A stretch of 64,000 nucleotides of DNA from Epiperipatus broadwayi (taxonomy: Eukaryota > Animalia > Onychophora): NCBI GenBank assembly GCA_028023455.1, contig JAQFVV010000005.1, positions 14,756,001 through 14,820,000 of the forward strand, in the 5' to 3' direction. The notes beneath the pieces are model-generated. The model had not been told where the DNA came from. It did no database searches and saw only the letters and a program-made list of their open reading frames with translations. Position 1 is the first letter of the stretch; every line of letters starts with the position of its first letter. The position numbers were made by a program, and so were the translations under genes. This document shows, in pieces, positions 62,292 through 64,000 of this stretch.

Positions 62292-64000
62292 AGAATCTGA
62301 TTTTTTACCAGTTTACAAATGAACGCTCGCATTAATGATTAAAATATATATGAAAATGTAAAATTAAATACTGTAGTAATAAAAAAAGTAAAAAAAGTTT
62401 GTCTTGTATCAATTTTTTTCAAATATTTGAAATTTTTTATTAGACATACTTTATTTGCTTATTTTTTTAATGTGAATTTCAAGTAAATATATACATGGTG
62501 ATGAAAAAACAATGGTTTTGAAAAAAAAAGAGAGTATATATTTTTGATTGGATTTAGTGGAAAAGAACATATAAGTCATATTTATTTTGAATGAAAAAAA
62601 GGTGTGTGCTATTGTTAAAAATGTTTTAATAGCAGTGATAATAACTAAAATATATTTTGAAAAAAAAATAGACAATTGATTTTAAAAGTGGGCATGTACT
62701 TGACTACAAAGGCATATAAACATTGGAATCATAAATAAAGTGGGATTGATTATAAATAAAAAGTGAAAGAACAATGATATAGAAATTGATAGTATATTAG
62801 ACAAAGTGACAATATGAGTTATTCAACTCATTTAAAGATATCAAATGCAGATAATTCCAGTTTATGTTCCAATAAGTTCTTATTCTGGTGAAGTGCCTTT
62901 AAACTGTCATGGAAGATTTAAATATTAGAATTGGTAACTGATTACAGATTGAAAGTATGATATACAAATTTGGATTTTAAACTACTATGATATCACATGA
63001 CCTCCATATGGAGATAAAAAATGAGAGTGAAAAATTCCAAAATGAATATTAATATTGTAACAGTCACTCAATCTACCTTTGATCATGGAGGGCACCACCA
63101 AATCACTGCATATCTGGAAAATTTGTTTACTGTGATCAAAAGTGGATGGTGATAATGGTTTATGCTGACTAGATTCAGGGATATAGCAAAAAGTCTTAAA
63201 TTTGTTCAGACAATTGAGAAATAAAAGCACTAAGACAAACATCAGCAAAATCAAGTTTAAATAATTTTAATGTTTTATTAAAAATACTATAAAATTTTAA
63301 AGTATAGCTTTATACACAATAAATATGGTCCTATCAGGCATGTATTAACAAAAACTCTAAACATCAACATGCTAGCACACTGACTAATTTTTTAATAAAG
63401 AATTAAAAAGAAGGGAAGGATTTTCCTTCAGCTGGTGATTCATCTAAGTAATACAGGTTTCCTTATTCAAAAGTTCTAAAATGAAAAGCAAATAAAAGTT
63501 TCTTGCATGAATCAACAAAACCAGTGCAGGTGAGCGCTCACTAGCTTATTGACTAATGATGTCATAATGTCTGCAGTACTTCTGCATGGATCAATCACAT
63601 TTAAGATTGCCATGGTTGATTACAATGCAGGAACACCAAAATGGTAAATAAATACAATGGAGTATAAATTATAAAACGAGAGAAAACTTAAATCTCCAAT
63701 TTAACGAAATAGTAAAATTAGAAAATACTCTGGCATAAATGATTTAAAATTAATAAAACATTAAATATATGTTTTAAGGGAAACAGACATATAATATGGG
63801 TGAATCACCAACCAAATGACCTGCCAACTAATCTGAGTATAATAATTAAAAGTCTCAGCAGGAGACAAGTAAGTAATTTAGAAAACTATTTATGTCTGCC
63901 CAAGCATTTATCAAGAAAGTGAAATCACCAACAAAATACTAAAGTTTGACCTAAATATTTTTATGCTAATCTATCTGAGAGTGTATATGAGCTGAAAATA

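Noticed and set aside
1-64000. Most short ORFs in the supplied track; CRISPR arrays; rRNA genes
   Set aside because: The ORFs are AT-rich chance frames or antisense shadows of TEs. No regularly spaced repeat-spacer array or rRNA-like sequence was seen, and the DNA is eukaryotic.

Overview
AT-rich eukaryotic (animal-like) genomic DNA with one recognisable host gene and a dense load of decayed retroelements. The gene is the 3' part of a short-chain dehydrogenase/reductase (SDR): three + strand exons at 6056-6092, 17055-17118 and 23811-23978. The retroelements are an L1/Tx1-like LINE, RTE LINEs, two Gypsy-like remnants and a tRNA-derived SINE. The main result is that the many long palindromes are not MITEs. 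They share one architecture: two inverted arms, a 27-60 nt unpaired tail on one side and a 12-15 bp target-site duplication (TSD), which is the insertion signature of Penelope-like elements (PLEs). Most carry type I hammerhead ribozyme (HHR) motifs from at least 3-4 unrelated families. Family H1 (5 insertions) is a non-coding, circularly permuted ~450-nt unit with one HHR per unit and compensatory base changes in a second hairpin, i.e. a retrozyme-like RNA apparently mobilised by PLE machinery. One palindrome carries a decayed PLE GIY-YIG endonuclease end, and two other PLE ORF remnants are present. All ribozyme activity and mechanism statements are inference from motif and structure reading by eye; nothing was computed or searched.
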